Of a DNA stretch of 64,000 nucleotides, positions 26,211 to 38,171 are shown piece by piece (within the stretch, counting starts at the first letter, position 1; each line of letters opens with the position of its first letter). A model generated the notes under the pieces. It had not been told where the DNA came from and made no database searches. It saw nothing but the letters and a program-made list of their open reading frames with translations. Origin of the DNA: Eledone cirrhosa (lineage: Eukaryota). The position numbers and the translations under genes are program-made. Location of the stretch: NCBI GenBank assembly GCA_964016885.1, contig OZ024742.1:180978001-181042000 (forward strand), written 5' to 3'.

Positions 26211-26415
26211 ATATATCTACATTTCTGTGTGTGTAATATATATATATATACACACACAGAAATATATATACATTTCTGTGTGTGTAATATATATATATAT
26301 ACACACACAGAAATATATATACATTTCTGTGTGTGTAATATATATATATACACACAGAAATATATATATATTTCTGTGTGTGTAATATATATATATATAC
26401 ACACACAGAAATATA
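26211..26415. repeat. ~51-bp tandem repeat x4 with self-complementary units
   Basis: TTCTGTGTGTGTA-(AT)n-TACACACACAGAA units at 26221, 26272, 26323 and 26370. Confidence 0.85.
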
Positions 26416-26902
26416 TGGGCATTTCTCTGTTTGTCTGTCTGTCTGTCTGTCCTTCCCTAAAACTCAAATGTAGGTGCTACAGAAATATTACCTTCCCCTT
26501 CCTTTCTCCACTTTGGTACTACCAAGAGAAGCACTGTCGCTATAGAAACATTACCTTCCCCTCTCCACTGACTTTGGTCACTGAGGCCGAGGGAATCGCT
26601 GGTTGCTATAGGGACACCTTGCACAAGCCAGAAGTAACCAGTTCGAGGTGGTTCTGACTTGACACCATGCCAAGGACCATTTGAAGATATATTTCCATCG
26701 TTATATCATAACGTTTATATTTCCGTCACTAATCTCTTTTTCTCCTTTTTCGTTTTAACATATATTTATTTCAAAGATTTCACCGTATAGATAACATATG
26801 TATTTATACATGCATAAAAGACACACCGAGAGACGGTGAACATGTGGTACCGAAAACATTTCTCATCCAAATCTCAACAATATCAGTATATACACTAGAT
26901 TT

Positions 26903-27520
26903 GCTAGCAGAAAACCGCCCACCGGGTGGTTTTCTGCTAGTCTATATATATATAAAACTGAGGATGTCTGTCCGTGTGTGTGTGTGACTTTGAATCCCTA
27001 AAACTCGAGAAGCACCCAACTGACTGTTTTCAAACTTTATACATGTAATACTTATGTTTCAAATGTTCAATGCTCTAGGGACTGCATTAGGCGATTTAAC
27101 GATCTCTCTCTATAATTCTTAGTCTTTCTCTTTTTAGATAGATACATACATATAACGTCGCGCCCATATAATATCTGTTTGTATGTCTGGCTGTCTGCAT
27201 TACGTCAATTCCCTCAATTCCCGCTGCGTCCAGAACGCGTCTTTATAATATCTGTATGTATGTCTGGCTGTCTGCATTACGTCACTTCCCTGAGGATGCC
27301 TGTCTGTCTGTGTGTGTGTGTGTGTCTGTGAGTTTGAATCCCTAAAACTCGAGAAGTACCCAACCAACTTTTTTCAAACTTTACATGCGTATTATTTATG
27401 CACATTAAAAATTCAAATTTTTTATCCCTAGGGCCCACATTAGGTGGACAAATGCTTTTTTTCAGGTTTTTAGAGGTTTTTTTAGGCGTTACGTCAGACC
27501 GATTTACTTGAAATTGTAAC
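26903..27520 (+). mobile_element. Non-autonomous Helitron-like elements (3' hairpin+CTAG abutting a TC 5' end; internal duplication)
   Basis: CTAGCAGAAAACCGCCCACCGGGTGGTTTTCTGCTAG then TCTATATATATATAAAACTGAGGATGTCTGTC; GAATCCCTAAAACTCGAGAAG occurs twice. Confidence 0.5.
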
Positions 27521-27556
<36 letters not shown>

Positions 27557-27624
27557 TTCTGGGTTCAATCAGGAGGGGTAACCACAGTAAGTATGGTACT
27601 CAATACATTACTAGAGTGTATACA

Positions 27625-27761
27625 ACAAATTTAATATAGAAATGGTTTCTACAGGACTAGAAATGTTTATTTCAAAGGAAATCATCAGGAAAGCCCTATA
27701 TGGATTTCCTTCAAATGAAATATTTCTAGTCCTGTAGAACCCATTTCTATATTAAAATTGT
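27625..27761. repeat. ~60-bp inverted repeat (fold-back), possibly a Penelope-like terminus
   Basis: TTTAATATAGAAATGGTTTCTACAGGACTAGAAAT / ATTTCTAGTCCTGTAGAACCCATTTCTATATTAAA. Confidence 0.75.
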
Positions 27762-27771
27762 GATATATATT

Positions 27772-29111
27772 GTGCTTGGGAAAAGTACAACAGATGCCCT
27801 CTTCTTGGTGAGACAATTACAAGAGAGGTTCTTAGAGAAGAATAAGCCACTATACTTAGCCTTTGTTGACCTAGAGAAGGCCTTTGATAGGGTACCCCGA
27901 TCTGTCATCTGGTGGTCCCTAAGGAAACTAGGTGTTGAGGAATGCCTTGTGAGAACAGTGCAAACTTTGTACAGAGGTGCTGTCAGTAAAGTGAGGGTAG
28001 GAATGGAGTTTAGTGAGAAATTCCAGATACAAGTAGGAGTACATCAATGTTCGGTCCTCAGCCCGCTCTTGTTCATTTAGTCCTCCAAGCAATAACAGAG
28101 GAGTTTAAGACTGGCTGTCCATGGGAACTTCTCTATGCTGACGATCTGGTTCTTATAGCAGAATCAGTAGAGGAGCTGGAGAATAAATTCTGGCTATGGA
28201 AACAGCAGTTGGAAGCTAGAGGACTGAGAGTGAACCTAGCTAAGACAAAAGTGTTGATGAGTAGAAAAGAGGACAAAACTCTGATTCCGTCAGGGAAATG
28301 GCCATGTTCGATATGTAGAAAAGGAATTGGCATAAATTCTATAAAATGCACACAATGCAGATCCTGGGTACACAAGAGATGTAGTGGGATAGCAGGCAAA
28401 TTAACAGGTAGGGAGAAATACGTGTGCAGTAGATTTACAAGGAAATTTGACAGTAGAAGTCACATTGATAGACACATTTTTCAAATGCAGGTGGGTGCTA
28501 TAGAAGTGGTTGTTAACTTCCGGTACCTAGGAGATCAGATTAGCATGGGAGAGGAGTGTTTCGAGGCCATTTTATCTAGAATAAGGACAGGTTGGAAGAA
28601 GTTTAGGGAGCTGCTTCCTCTGCTGACGAAGAAGGGTTTCTTCCTGCCTACAAAAGGCCGGTTATATGATGCCTGTGTGAGGAGCGCGATGCTGCATGGT
28701 AGTGAGACATGGGCAACAACTGCAGAGGATATGCGATGGCTGGAGAGAAATGAGGCAAGCATGCTCTGTTGCATGTGCAATGTCAATGTGCGTGGACGAC
28801 CCAGCATGAATGTGTTGAGAGAGAAACTGTGTCTGAGAGGGATAGAATGTAGTGTGCGAGAGAGAAGACTGAGGTGGTATGGACATGTGATACGCATGGA
28901 GGATGACCGATGGGTGAAGAAGTGCCTGGAAATACCAGTTGAAGGAAGACGTGGTAATGGTAGACCACGAAAAACATGGGCGGAGGTGGTGAGAACAGAC
29001 CTCAGATCACTGAAGCTCACGGTGGAGATGACGAAGGACCGTGACAAGTGGAGAGATGCTGTGCTGAATAAGACCCGTCCCACCCTTGCAAGCAGGGAAA
29101 AGCGGACGTAA

Positions 29112-29151
<40 letters not shown>
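27772..29151 (+). mobile_element. RTE LINE, 5'-truncated within RT, with a frameshift near 28078
   Basis: FVDLEKAFDRVP, LLYADDLVL, RLRWYGHV, GRPRKTW motifs; highly similar to 48476-49856; (GAT)n tail. Confidence 0.93.
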
Positions 29152-29153
<2 letters not shown>

Positions 29154-29456
29154 ATATATATATATATCCGGACTAGGTGATGCTTTATGTCCTTCAGCAA
29201 GACTATTTATTTCGCATTGTTCCTTCTACTTTGAGTTGCGACCACTAGATGGTATTATCAATTGGAAAGACCAATGGACACTGTTTCATCAGTCCAATTT
29301 GACGAAAAGTCGATCGACTGTTGATATATATATATGAATAAAAATTAACCTGCATTAAATTAAATTAAATCATTTAATTGGTTGACAAATATTTCGATTA
29401 ACATAACAGGAATATTTATTCCTGCAATATTAATCTCACCATTAACTATTATATAT

Positions 29457-29643
29457 CGGTGGATTGGCAGTATCGGTAGAGGGTCGGACGTCATACTTTC
29501 CAGCATAGTTACGTCCCTTTACGGACTGAGTTCAAATCCCGCCGAGGTTGACTTTGCCTTTCATCCTTACGGGGTCGATAAAATAAAGTACCAGTAATAC
29601 ACTGGGATAGTTGCTGGCCTTGTGCCAAAAATAGAAACAATTA
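29457..29643 (+). mobile_element. Family A SINE
   Basis: Intact B-box GAGTTCAAATCCC, core and tail. Confidence 0.85.
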
Positions 29644-30480
29644 TCTATTATATATCATAACAATAATATTTACCAACACATATCCATAAGATGATCAGAA
29701 GTCTCAATATACATATATATATACACACATTCATTCAGACACATATGTTTGTGGTGTGTGGTAGTAATACATAATTATATATGCTATTTCAAATATTTTG
29801 CTAATGCAGGTTAAGTAAATAAATTTGAAAGTGTTGGTGAAGAAATTCTAGAAATATGAGACAGACTTCTCAAATATACAGCAAATAAAGATATTTGAAA
29901 ATCATTGAGAGAGTGATATTGGAAAGGGTTTTTTCCATGTGTGTGACAATGTATGTGTATGTGTTTGGAAATATTTATTGAATACAAAGTGTTTGCAAAA
30001 AATGTTGAGAGAAAGTTAAAGTTTGCCCTATAGATATTATTATTTGTGTTGGCACAATGTTATATGTTATCTACATGCAGTTTCTCTTATCTCTGGCATA
30101 CCCGCTTTTTTGTGAGTATAGAACATATCTCCTATTATATATATGTATCTCTATCTCTCCTCTCTCTAGATAGATATTTTATATATTGTCAATGGATATT
30201 TACATCTCATTTGGATTTTTGTCTGGAGAGAACACATAGGGTAGTTGTAATACAATTGACTAACGTCTTTGAAACACGCATAACAAAATAAATAGGCATG
30301 TAGAAATGAAACCGTCTTTCTTGTTTATTATATATATATATATATATATAGAAAATATAGAGAATTAGTATATCTACCAACATATGTATACAGATGTATA
30401 CCCATGCTAGCAAATATATATGTTATGTCTTAGTACCTTTGTGGTTCTATTTTACGTCTTTCATATATATATATATACTT

Positions 30481-30821
30481 AATGATATTAAATAAAAGGA
30501 AACTATATTTATAAAACCATATTTATTCTATTATATATATTTCAAGGGTACCAAATAAGGCTTTGGTACGCTTGTATCAGATAAAATACAAAGTTTGTTT
30601 TATAAATAGAGACATACCCAGGAAAATCATACCTTATCAGTTAAATATTCCCTAGATTTAACTGATCAGGTATGATTTTCCTGGGTATGTCTCTATTTAT
30701 AAAACAAACTTTGTATTTTATCTGATGAAAGTGTACCAAAGTTTTATTTGGTACCCTTGAAATATATATAATAGAATAAATATGGTTTTATAAATATAGT
30801 TTCCATTTATTTAATATCATT
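30481..30821. repeat. ~165-bp near-perfect inverted repeat (minimal Penelope-like terminus with inverted copy)
   Basis: Arms centred ~30651; a homologous single copy lies at ~33820-34030 (-). Confidence 0.9.
30714..30778 (+). ncRNA. Type I hammerhead ribozyme
   Basis: Stem I TATTTTAT/ATAGAATA, core CTGATGA, stem II AAGTGTACCAAA/TTTGGTACCCTT, GAAA, palindromic TATATA stem III, UA cleavage site. Confidence 0.75.
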
Positions 30822-30927
30822 GAATACTTACTCCAGAAACTGTCGAGTGCTCTAAATTAGTTATAAACATTTATATTTGTTGGATTTCCAACAAATTAAA
30901 TATCCCTTCTACTTATATATATATATA

Positions 30928-31221
30928 ATAGCTTTCACTGTATTTTTTTACTAAAGAAATTTTAGCCTGATAATGGGGTTTAGAACCCTCAGATAAATGG
31001 AAAAAGATGAGTATTGACGTACATGGGAGTCGAACCCACATCTTTGGTTATCCAGACCACTGTGCTACCATTACACCAACACATCACCCATCTCTTTCCA
31101 TTCAAAGATGTGGGTTCAACTCCCATGTACGTCAATACTCATCTTTTTCCATTTATCTGAGGGTTCTAAACCCCATTATCAGGCTAAAATTTCTTTAATA
31201 AAAAAATACGGTGAAAGCTAT
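30928..31221. repeat. ~120-bp inverted repeat with a tRNA-like sequence overlapping arm and loop
   Basis: ATAGCTTTCAC...CCACATCTTTG / CAAAGATGTGG...GTGAAAGCTAT. Confidence 0.9.
31015..31086 (-). pseudogene. tRNA-like cloverleaf (pseudo-tRNA or repeat head)
   Basis: A-box TGGTGTAATGGT, T-arm GTGGG-TTCGACT-CCCAT, G:U-rich acceptor stem, anticodon loop CTGGATA without the long variable arm of tRNA-Ser. Confidence 0.55.
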
Positions 31222-31302
31222 TCTATTTTCTAATTTCAAACCTGCTCACTGTTTCAAAACATACTTACTTGTCATGTATATATATATATATATATATGTA
31301 TG

Positions 31303-31409
<107 letters not shown>

Positions 31410-31631
31410 GATAACAGGTTATCGTTATAGACAGTCCACTTAGATGTAGTCCAGTTAGAGTACTCCGTGTAGTGGATAGTATTGACGTGTGGCTTAGTTT
31501 GACTCAACAAGATGTTTCCATAATGATGCTGCGAGTTCGCGGTGATTTCTATGTAGTTTATACTTGGAGTAATAATAATTCAAGAAAAAAGAGTGACATG
31601 GTTCGCTATACAATAAGGGCTTTATTCACAT

Positions 31632-31740
31632 TGCTGACAATTGTTTCTTCGATCTGGTAGGTCTAGAGTTCGCTACTCGCCTGATTTTGCATCAATCATC
31701 TCCAATACTTTGTTTATAACCAGTCGTTTTCATCGGAACA
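31632..31740 (-). ncRNA. Hammerhead-like motif, long stem II, core variant CCGATGA
   Basis: TGTT-CCGATGA-[CGACTGGT...ACCAGATCG]-GAAA-CAATTG-TC-AGCA, followed by AATAAA. Confidence 0.45.
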
Positions 31741-32170
31741 TGCGAAATTGAAGAATATACACATGGCATGGCTTTTATATAGGAGTGGTATTAAACCACA
31801 ACAATAATATCAATAATAAAATAAAATAACTAGATAGTGAATAGCTAAAATAATAACATCAATATAAGTAAGAAATAAAGTATAAGGATGAATCTAACAT
31901 GTTAAAGGAACTGATATTATACAGATGTATGAAATTGACATGCTATAGGATGCGTTAGATATATTGTTAAGGTGGCGGAGATATAACAGTGACAACTAAA
32001 ATGTACTTGGGGTCAAATTTATGAGGTGTGTGCTTTGCTGTAGGTGTGCTGGCAATAAACCGGGGATTTCCTTATTGTCTGACAGATAAAGATTTTCGTG
32101 ATAATGATAGTTTTTATGTGGTGTTAAGTGGAGTTATTTAAGTGGCCTATACTATACTATATAGGTTTAT

Positions 32171-33228
32171 GAGCATGAAAAACATTATATCATTAGAATA
32201 GCCACTGATCTGGAGGAGAGATATGTAATAAAGCCTGATATAAATCTCTCACCCAGAGAAATCGGAAGATCCTATTCAATGTTCAAACAAGATGAAAACT
32301 TGATCAATTTACAGAAAAAGTTGTGCATGGATACTTGAGACGTAAAACACAGACCATAGAGGGGATAAACCACTCAAAAAGACTGGCATGGAGTTCCGAC
32401 AAGTTTATGACATCACACCTTGAGGGATATCTCTATGTAATACAGGAACAAGAACTCCCTACCAAATATCTGCTGCACAAAAGGGGAGGGCCATCAGCTG
32501 GCAATAAATGTAGGCTATGTAAAACAAAGATCGAGGATGTAAGCCACATTGTTGCCAGCTGCGAAAGAATGTCATCTCGCTACTACCTCCCCATGAGACA
32601 TGATGGGATAGCTAGAACCATCTGGAACGCACTTCGGAAAACAAAATTAACAACAAGCGAGGAAGAATATATTGAGACAGATGGCACTAAGGAATACTGG
32701 TGGAACCTGAAAATAAAAACAGCCACCAAATTAAAGCACAACCGGCCTGATATTGTTGTTTGGGACCACACATTGAAAACGTGTTCTGTTGTGGAGATCA
32801 GCTGCCCACTTGATGTAAACGTTGTCAGAAAAATACTGACAACGTTTACATCAAGTGGGCAGCTGATCTCCACAGAACACGTTTTCAATGTGTAGTTCCA
32901 AACAACAATATCAGGCCGGTTGTGCTTTTACAATGGGCAGTTTACAAATCCAGTATCCAAGATACACCTTTAGCTTCATACCCATCATTATTGGAGCTAC
33001 GGGTTATATACCAACCCGCTTGGACCAAAGTATGACTGAACTTGGATTTGCGGACAAAGAGCGCAGCTCCCTAATTCATAGTCTACAAATGGCTGCGATA
33101 GCTGGCACCTTCAAAATTTGCAAAACATTCTTGCGATTCAAAGGATGGCAATTTCTTTTCTTTTACAACCTTGCCACCAGGAAGGTGCCTGGTCAAAAAA
33201 ATATACTAGAAATTAAGAGAAAGAGATA
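32171..33228 (+). mobile_element. R4/Dong-like non-LTR retrotransposon 3' portion (CCHC + RLE) with internal inverted duplication
   Basis: IQEQEL.T, CRLCK...EDVSHIVASC, RHDGIA, HNRPDIVVWD, VVEISCP, PIIIGATG motifs. Confidence 0.85.
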
Positions 33229-33243
33229 ACATACATACATACA

Positions 33244-33279
<36 letters not shown>

Positions 33280-33287
33280 TATATATA

Positions 33288-33687
33288 GGTGCATGGCTTA
33301 GTTGTTAGAGCAATAGGCTTGCAATCGAAAGGTTGCGAGTTCGATTCCCAGACCGGGAGATGTGTTGTTTCCTTGAGCAAGTCACGTTATTTCACGTTGC
33401 TCCAGTTTACTCAGCTGTAAAGGAGTACCAGCAATAGCTGGAGGTTTAACCCTGCGATGGACTGGCGTCCTGTCTAGGGGAAGTCTTGTACTCTCAGTCG
33501 CTTCACGCCCATGAAACTGGGATAAGCCCCGGCCAAACAAGCCTTCTGGCTTAAGACAGACTTTAGACTTACGGCCTGCCCGCCCAGCCAGTGAGATGGC
33601 GTCATCGTATGGCTAAAACAGCACGTGCTGTGACCAGCAGCGCTGAATGGCACCCAACATACTGGTCAGTCAAGGTGATCAAGGTGA
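33288..33687 (+). mobile_element. tRNA-headed SINE sharing its head with family B, V-domain-like body, different tail
   Basis: GCATGGCTTAGTTG, GAGTTCGATTCCC, CCTTGAGCAAGTCAC, CCTGCGATGGACTGGCGTCCTGTCTAGGGG. Confidence 0.7.
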
Positions 33688-33944
33688 TATATATATATAT
33701 ATATATACACATATATATATAAATATACATATATATATAAATATACATATATATATATATAAATATACATACATATATATAAATATACATACATATATAT
33801 ATATAAACAATGAGTTATTTGGTTTGTTGATTATTCAACAAAGTTAATTTTACAACAGATTAGAAGCACTCAATAGAATTTATCCGGAGTATCATTAATA
33901 TCAATAATATTAATAAATGGAAGATATCTTTATAAAACCATATT

Positions 33945-34005
33945 CATTTTATTATATGTATTTCAAGTGTACTAATATTTAAGTACGCTTTCGTCAGATA
34001 AAATA
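33945..34005 (-). ncRNA. Type I hammerhead ribozyme, homolog of 30714-30778
   Basis: TATTTTAT-CTGACGA-AAGCGTACT/AGTACACTT-GAAA-TACATA-TA-ATAAAATG. Confidence 0.65.
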
Positions 34006-35567
34006 TAATATTTGGTGTAAAGATAGTGACATATCTTCATGTTATGAGTACTCTGTGTCGAGGACAGTTTTAATGCTTAGCATTGTTTAAACACACCAGA
34101 CTAATGAAACAATTGTTAATACTTTAAAGAAACACTATTGTACAGCTGACCATGTTATTCTTCACTCATTATGCACTTGTTACTGAGTACATAGATTTGT
34201 ATTATTGTGTTTTCTCCTATCTTAATTCATCTATTATATTATATATTATTGATTACAGCAACCCCTACTTTCTTTAGTTTCCTTCCTTAACTGTTGTTCC
34301 TCCCATTCTCAAGAATATGTTTACCATTAATATATTCTCTCATGTTATTGTGCAAGAAAACTTCAAAAATACAGCCACTCTGTATATTTATATAATAAAT
34401 TACACATACAACACAATACAATAAGTGTTTTAATGTCCTTTCCATGCTGAAATAGAGGTTAGCCTGTGGGCCCCATGGCAAGCTTCATTCCAATCATGGG
34501 ATCCTTTTGAAGGCAATAATTAACAGCCAAGTGGCCTTCCTTTTCTAAACTAAATACACACAGCAAAAAATGTTGAAGTCACAGTCACTCTGTATCTTTG
34601 TGTAATAAATTACGCACTCACACATAACCCTTAACACACACACACACATATATATACATACATATATATATACCTCTTCTCACACACATATATACTTGTA
34701 TTAATAAATAGGAAACTATACAAATATAACTTGAAAAACAAGATAAACATTTATCTTAATAGTGTAACACAGAAAGAAATCAAAATAGTTTTAACTCCTT
34801 CACTACAAATCTAAGGGAATAAATTTTATTTGAACTGGTTACTGGAGTATTTGGAAGGATTTATTAATATTTTTAATTATTTCATTATCAAGATGGTATT
34901 TGTAACAACTTGATAAGAGTAAAATTGTGTTGAAAGGTTTTAATTTAAATAGAAACCCTATATTGGTCAGGACAAGCTTCTGCCTGCTATTGGTACCATG
35001 TAATCCATACAACCTGTTTCGTGGTCAAGTGGTTGGTGACTAAATCAGCTCCACAGCAGAGTCTGGTGAGGAAGACGAGTGGAACCCCATCAGCATTAAA
35101 AAAAATAGAGTTATTAAAAGAGAGGATGAAGTCCTCAGAGTCAACAGCCAACTATACCAATTAAGGGTTAAATAGCTTCACCAACCTGCAATTGGCCATG
35201 CATTGCATGGTGAGTATGGCCACAGCCCTGAGATGATCAAAACCAAAAGGAAAGTGGTGGAGGTCAAGCAGGGAGGGCTTCTTCCAACAGGAATGAAAAG
35301 GCTCTCCATTGATTGGATTGATTGAGAAACCCTATCAAATAGGTTGTTTTGATTCATAGAACCAGAGGCAGTTTTGAGCAGGTTGATATCAAAAGGGTTA
35401 ATTTTTGCAGACATAAGTCCTTATCTGAAAGAACAAGACAGCAATTAACATTAGTTGGTTTATGGGCCCTATGATAAGTTTCATACTCATCACTGGGTAC
35501 TTTTTACAGCAAAGTTTTACAGCTGGATGCTCTTCATGTCATCAACTCTTTTAGTTACCTCTTACAA

Positions 35568-36440
35568 CACACAGGGATATGGTGTACCTATTGTAAATCA
35601 GGTACACACAGGGATATGGTGTACCTATTGTAAATCAGGTACACACAGGGATATGGTGTACCTATTGTAAATCAGATACACACAGGGATATGGTGTACCT
35701 ATTGTAAACCAGGTACACACAGGGATATGGTATGCCTATTGTAAACTAGGTACACACAGGGATATGGTATGCCTATTGTAAATCAGGTACACAGAGGGAT
35801 ATGGTGTACCTATTGTAAACCAGGTACACACAGGGATATGGTGTACCTATTGTAAATCAGGTACACACAGGGTTACTTACTTTAACACTAAACTCTGCCA
35901 GTTTCAGACTGCACATCAACATGAGATATTTTTCTCCACAAAGTTCGATCACCAGCAGCAGAGTTTAAGGAGCAAAGATCAAGTCCAGCTCATAGGTTGA
36001 TATTATCAAACCATCGTTTTGACTGCTGGCCTCTGCTTCTCTTACCAGCCAACCTTCCTTCCAGGCATAACCTACTCACACCACGAGTTGATCTTTTTAT
36101 ATGACCGTATAGATTGAGTACTCTTGACTTGACAATTGATGTAATTGGTCTAAGTTTGTTAATGTTGAGCAGCTCACTGATACAGATATGGTCACTGAGC
36201 CGCTACCCAATCATAAGTCTCATGATGTGGTTCTGGAATGTAGAGAGTTTCTAAAGTCACCTTGGATATAGTGGACCTATTGTAAACCAGGTACACACAG
36301 GGATATAGTGGACCTATTGTAAACCAGGTACACACAGGGATATAGTGGACCTATTGTAAACCAGGTACACACAGGGATATAGTGGACCTATTGTAAACCA
36401 GGTACACAGGGATATAGTGTACCTATTCTTAATCAGATGC
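35568..36440. repeat. 37-bp minisatellite in two blocks (35568-35872, 36265-36440)
   Basis: Unit ACACAGGGATATGGTGTACCTATTGTAAATCAGGTAC, ~8 + ~5 copies. Confidence 0.92.
35873..36263 (-). mobile_element. RTE-type LINE 3' fragment inserted in the minisatellite
   Basis: Manual translation IVKSRVLNLYGHIKR...CLEGRLAGKRSRGQQSKRWFDNI...AGDRTLWRKI. Confidence 0.75.
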
Positions 36441-37672
36441 ATACAGTAAAACTTTGAAAACGCACTCACTCTGTATTTGTGTGTGATAAATTACACAAAC
36501 ACCTGTCTGTACATACACACACACAAACACACATATATACATACACTCAAATACACAAACACATACATACACATCTGTTTATGAAATAAAATCAACAACA
36601 CAAATACAGCAACATAAAAAGCAAGATAGAAGTTATTGTTAATAGGTTAACTTTCAAAGAAATCAAAATGTCTTTAACATTTAAAACATAAGTCTTCATC
36701 GAAAATGAAGAGCGAGGGAAAAGAAAAGAAAATTAATAGAAGAAAAAAAAGGAAAGACATGAAAGAAAATAATGGAATTGTGGGTAGGGTGGTTATATAA
36801 TTTGTTAAATTACTTCAGCAACTTTTTGAAATGACCTGGAAGTGACAAGGATGAAAGTGGCTTTATATGTAGGAGAGCAGAAAGGGAGATAATGTGTGAA
36901 TATAATGAATGTGTGACTCTCTGTGTTAAAACATGTTTGAGCATGATTGTGTATTTGCAGTTTCTTTTCATACTGAATTCGTATGTTCATTTGCTTGTTT
37001 GTTATGTTTTTTGTTGTTTTTTTTTGTTTTGTTTTTTGGGTTTTTTCCGTTGCAGTGGGAAGTGTATAAAGAAGTATGCTTATGATGTGTTTGTGGCAGT
37101 ATGTATGTGTGTGCTGCAACATATTGTGAGTTTGGTTTGCATTGTGTGTGCATGTTTATAAGTCTATGTATATATGTGTGTGTGTGTTGAAGCAAGTTTG
37201 AACATGTATATGTGTTTGTAGTTTGTTGGTCATGAGTATGTGCGTGTGTGTGTGTGTGTGTGTTTGTATGTGTTTTGAGTATGTATATATGTAAGTTGAA
37301 TATATGTGTGTATTTCTTTATTGAAGTATGTGCATGTGTGTGTGTTTGTGTGTGTTTTGAGTGAGTGCATGTGTATATAAAAGTTGAATGTGTGTATATG
37401 TATTTCTTTGTTGATGTACATGCATGTATGTGTGTGATTTTGTATACCATTGTGTTATTATGTATGAATGTGTATGTGCCTACCACATACCTACATGATA
37501 TATTCCTTCCTCTGCTCACCATATACCTACCTACACACCCACCACCTATCTATCTATCCATTTCTTTCCTCTATTTACTACATACATAATTACCCATCCA
37601 CCTACACACCTAACCACCTACTTACCCACCCACCCACCCACCTACCAATTCAATTTCCTACAGCCATTATTA

Positions 37673-38012
37673 CCATGCTTTGATGCATAGAGTTACGGCC
37701 CTTGCCATTCTGAGTTCAAATCCCGCCGAGGTTAACTTTGCCTTTCATCCTTACAGGGTCGATAAAATAAAGTACCAGTAATATACTGATTTATGGCTGG
37801 CCTTGTGCCAAAAGTAGAAACAATTATTTGGGGCAGCATCGGTAGAGGGTCGGACGCCATGTTTTCCAGCATAGAGTTACGTCCCTTTATGGTCTGAGTT
37901 CAAATCCTGCAGAGGTTAACTTTGCCTTTCATCCTTACAGGGTTGATATAATATAGTACCAGTAATGCACTCAGATAATTGCTGGCCTTGTGCCAAAAGT
38001 AGAAACAATTAT
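37673..38012 (+). mobile_element. Two tandem family A SINEs
   Basis: Copies 37673-37826 and 37833-38012; ATTATTACCATG flanks both ends. Confidence 0.85.
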
Positions 38013-38171
38013 TACCATGACTTCTGTATAATAATTTATAGATATTCTTTTTTTTTCAGTTTTCTCTCTTCTCTGTTTTGACAAAGACCCTCTACCCAAA
38101 ACATCGATAAATTTCCTTTTCCACATGACAAATACACTTATGTTAGATCTACTTTTAGTTTAGTGTAGAGA

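Noticed and set aside
27660-27730. CTGATGA on the minus strand inside the 27.6-kb palindrome as a hammerhead
   Set aside because: Stem I partner missing and GAAA register inconsistent; at most a heavily decayed relic
31015-31086. Functional tRNA-Ser(GGA) gene
   Set aside because: No long variable arm, mismatched anticodon stem, several G:U pairs in the acceptor stem, embedded in a repeat
35568-36440. 37-bp repeats (also 54190-54465) as CRISPR arrays
   Set aside because: Head-to-tail units with no unique spacers, no cas genes, eukaryotic context
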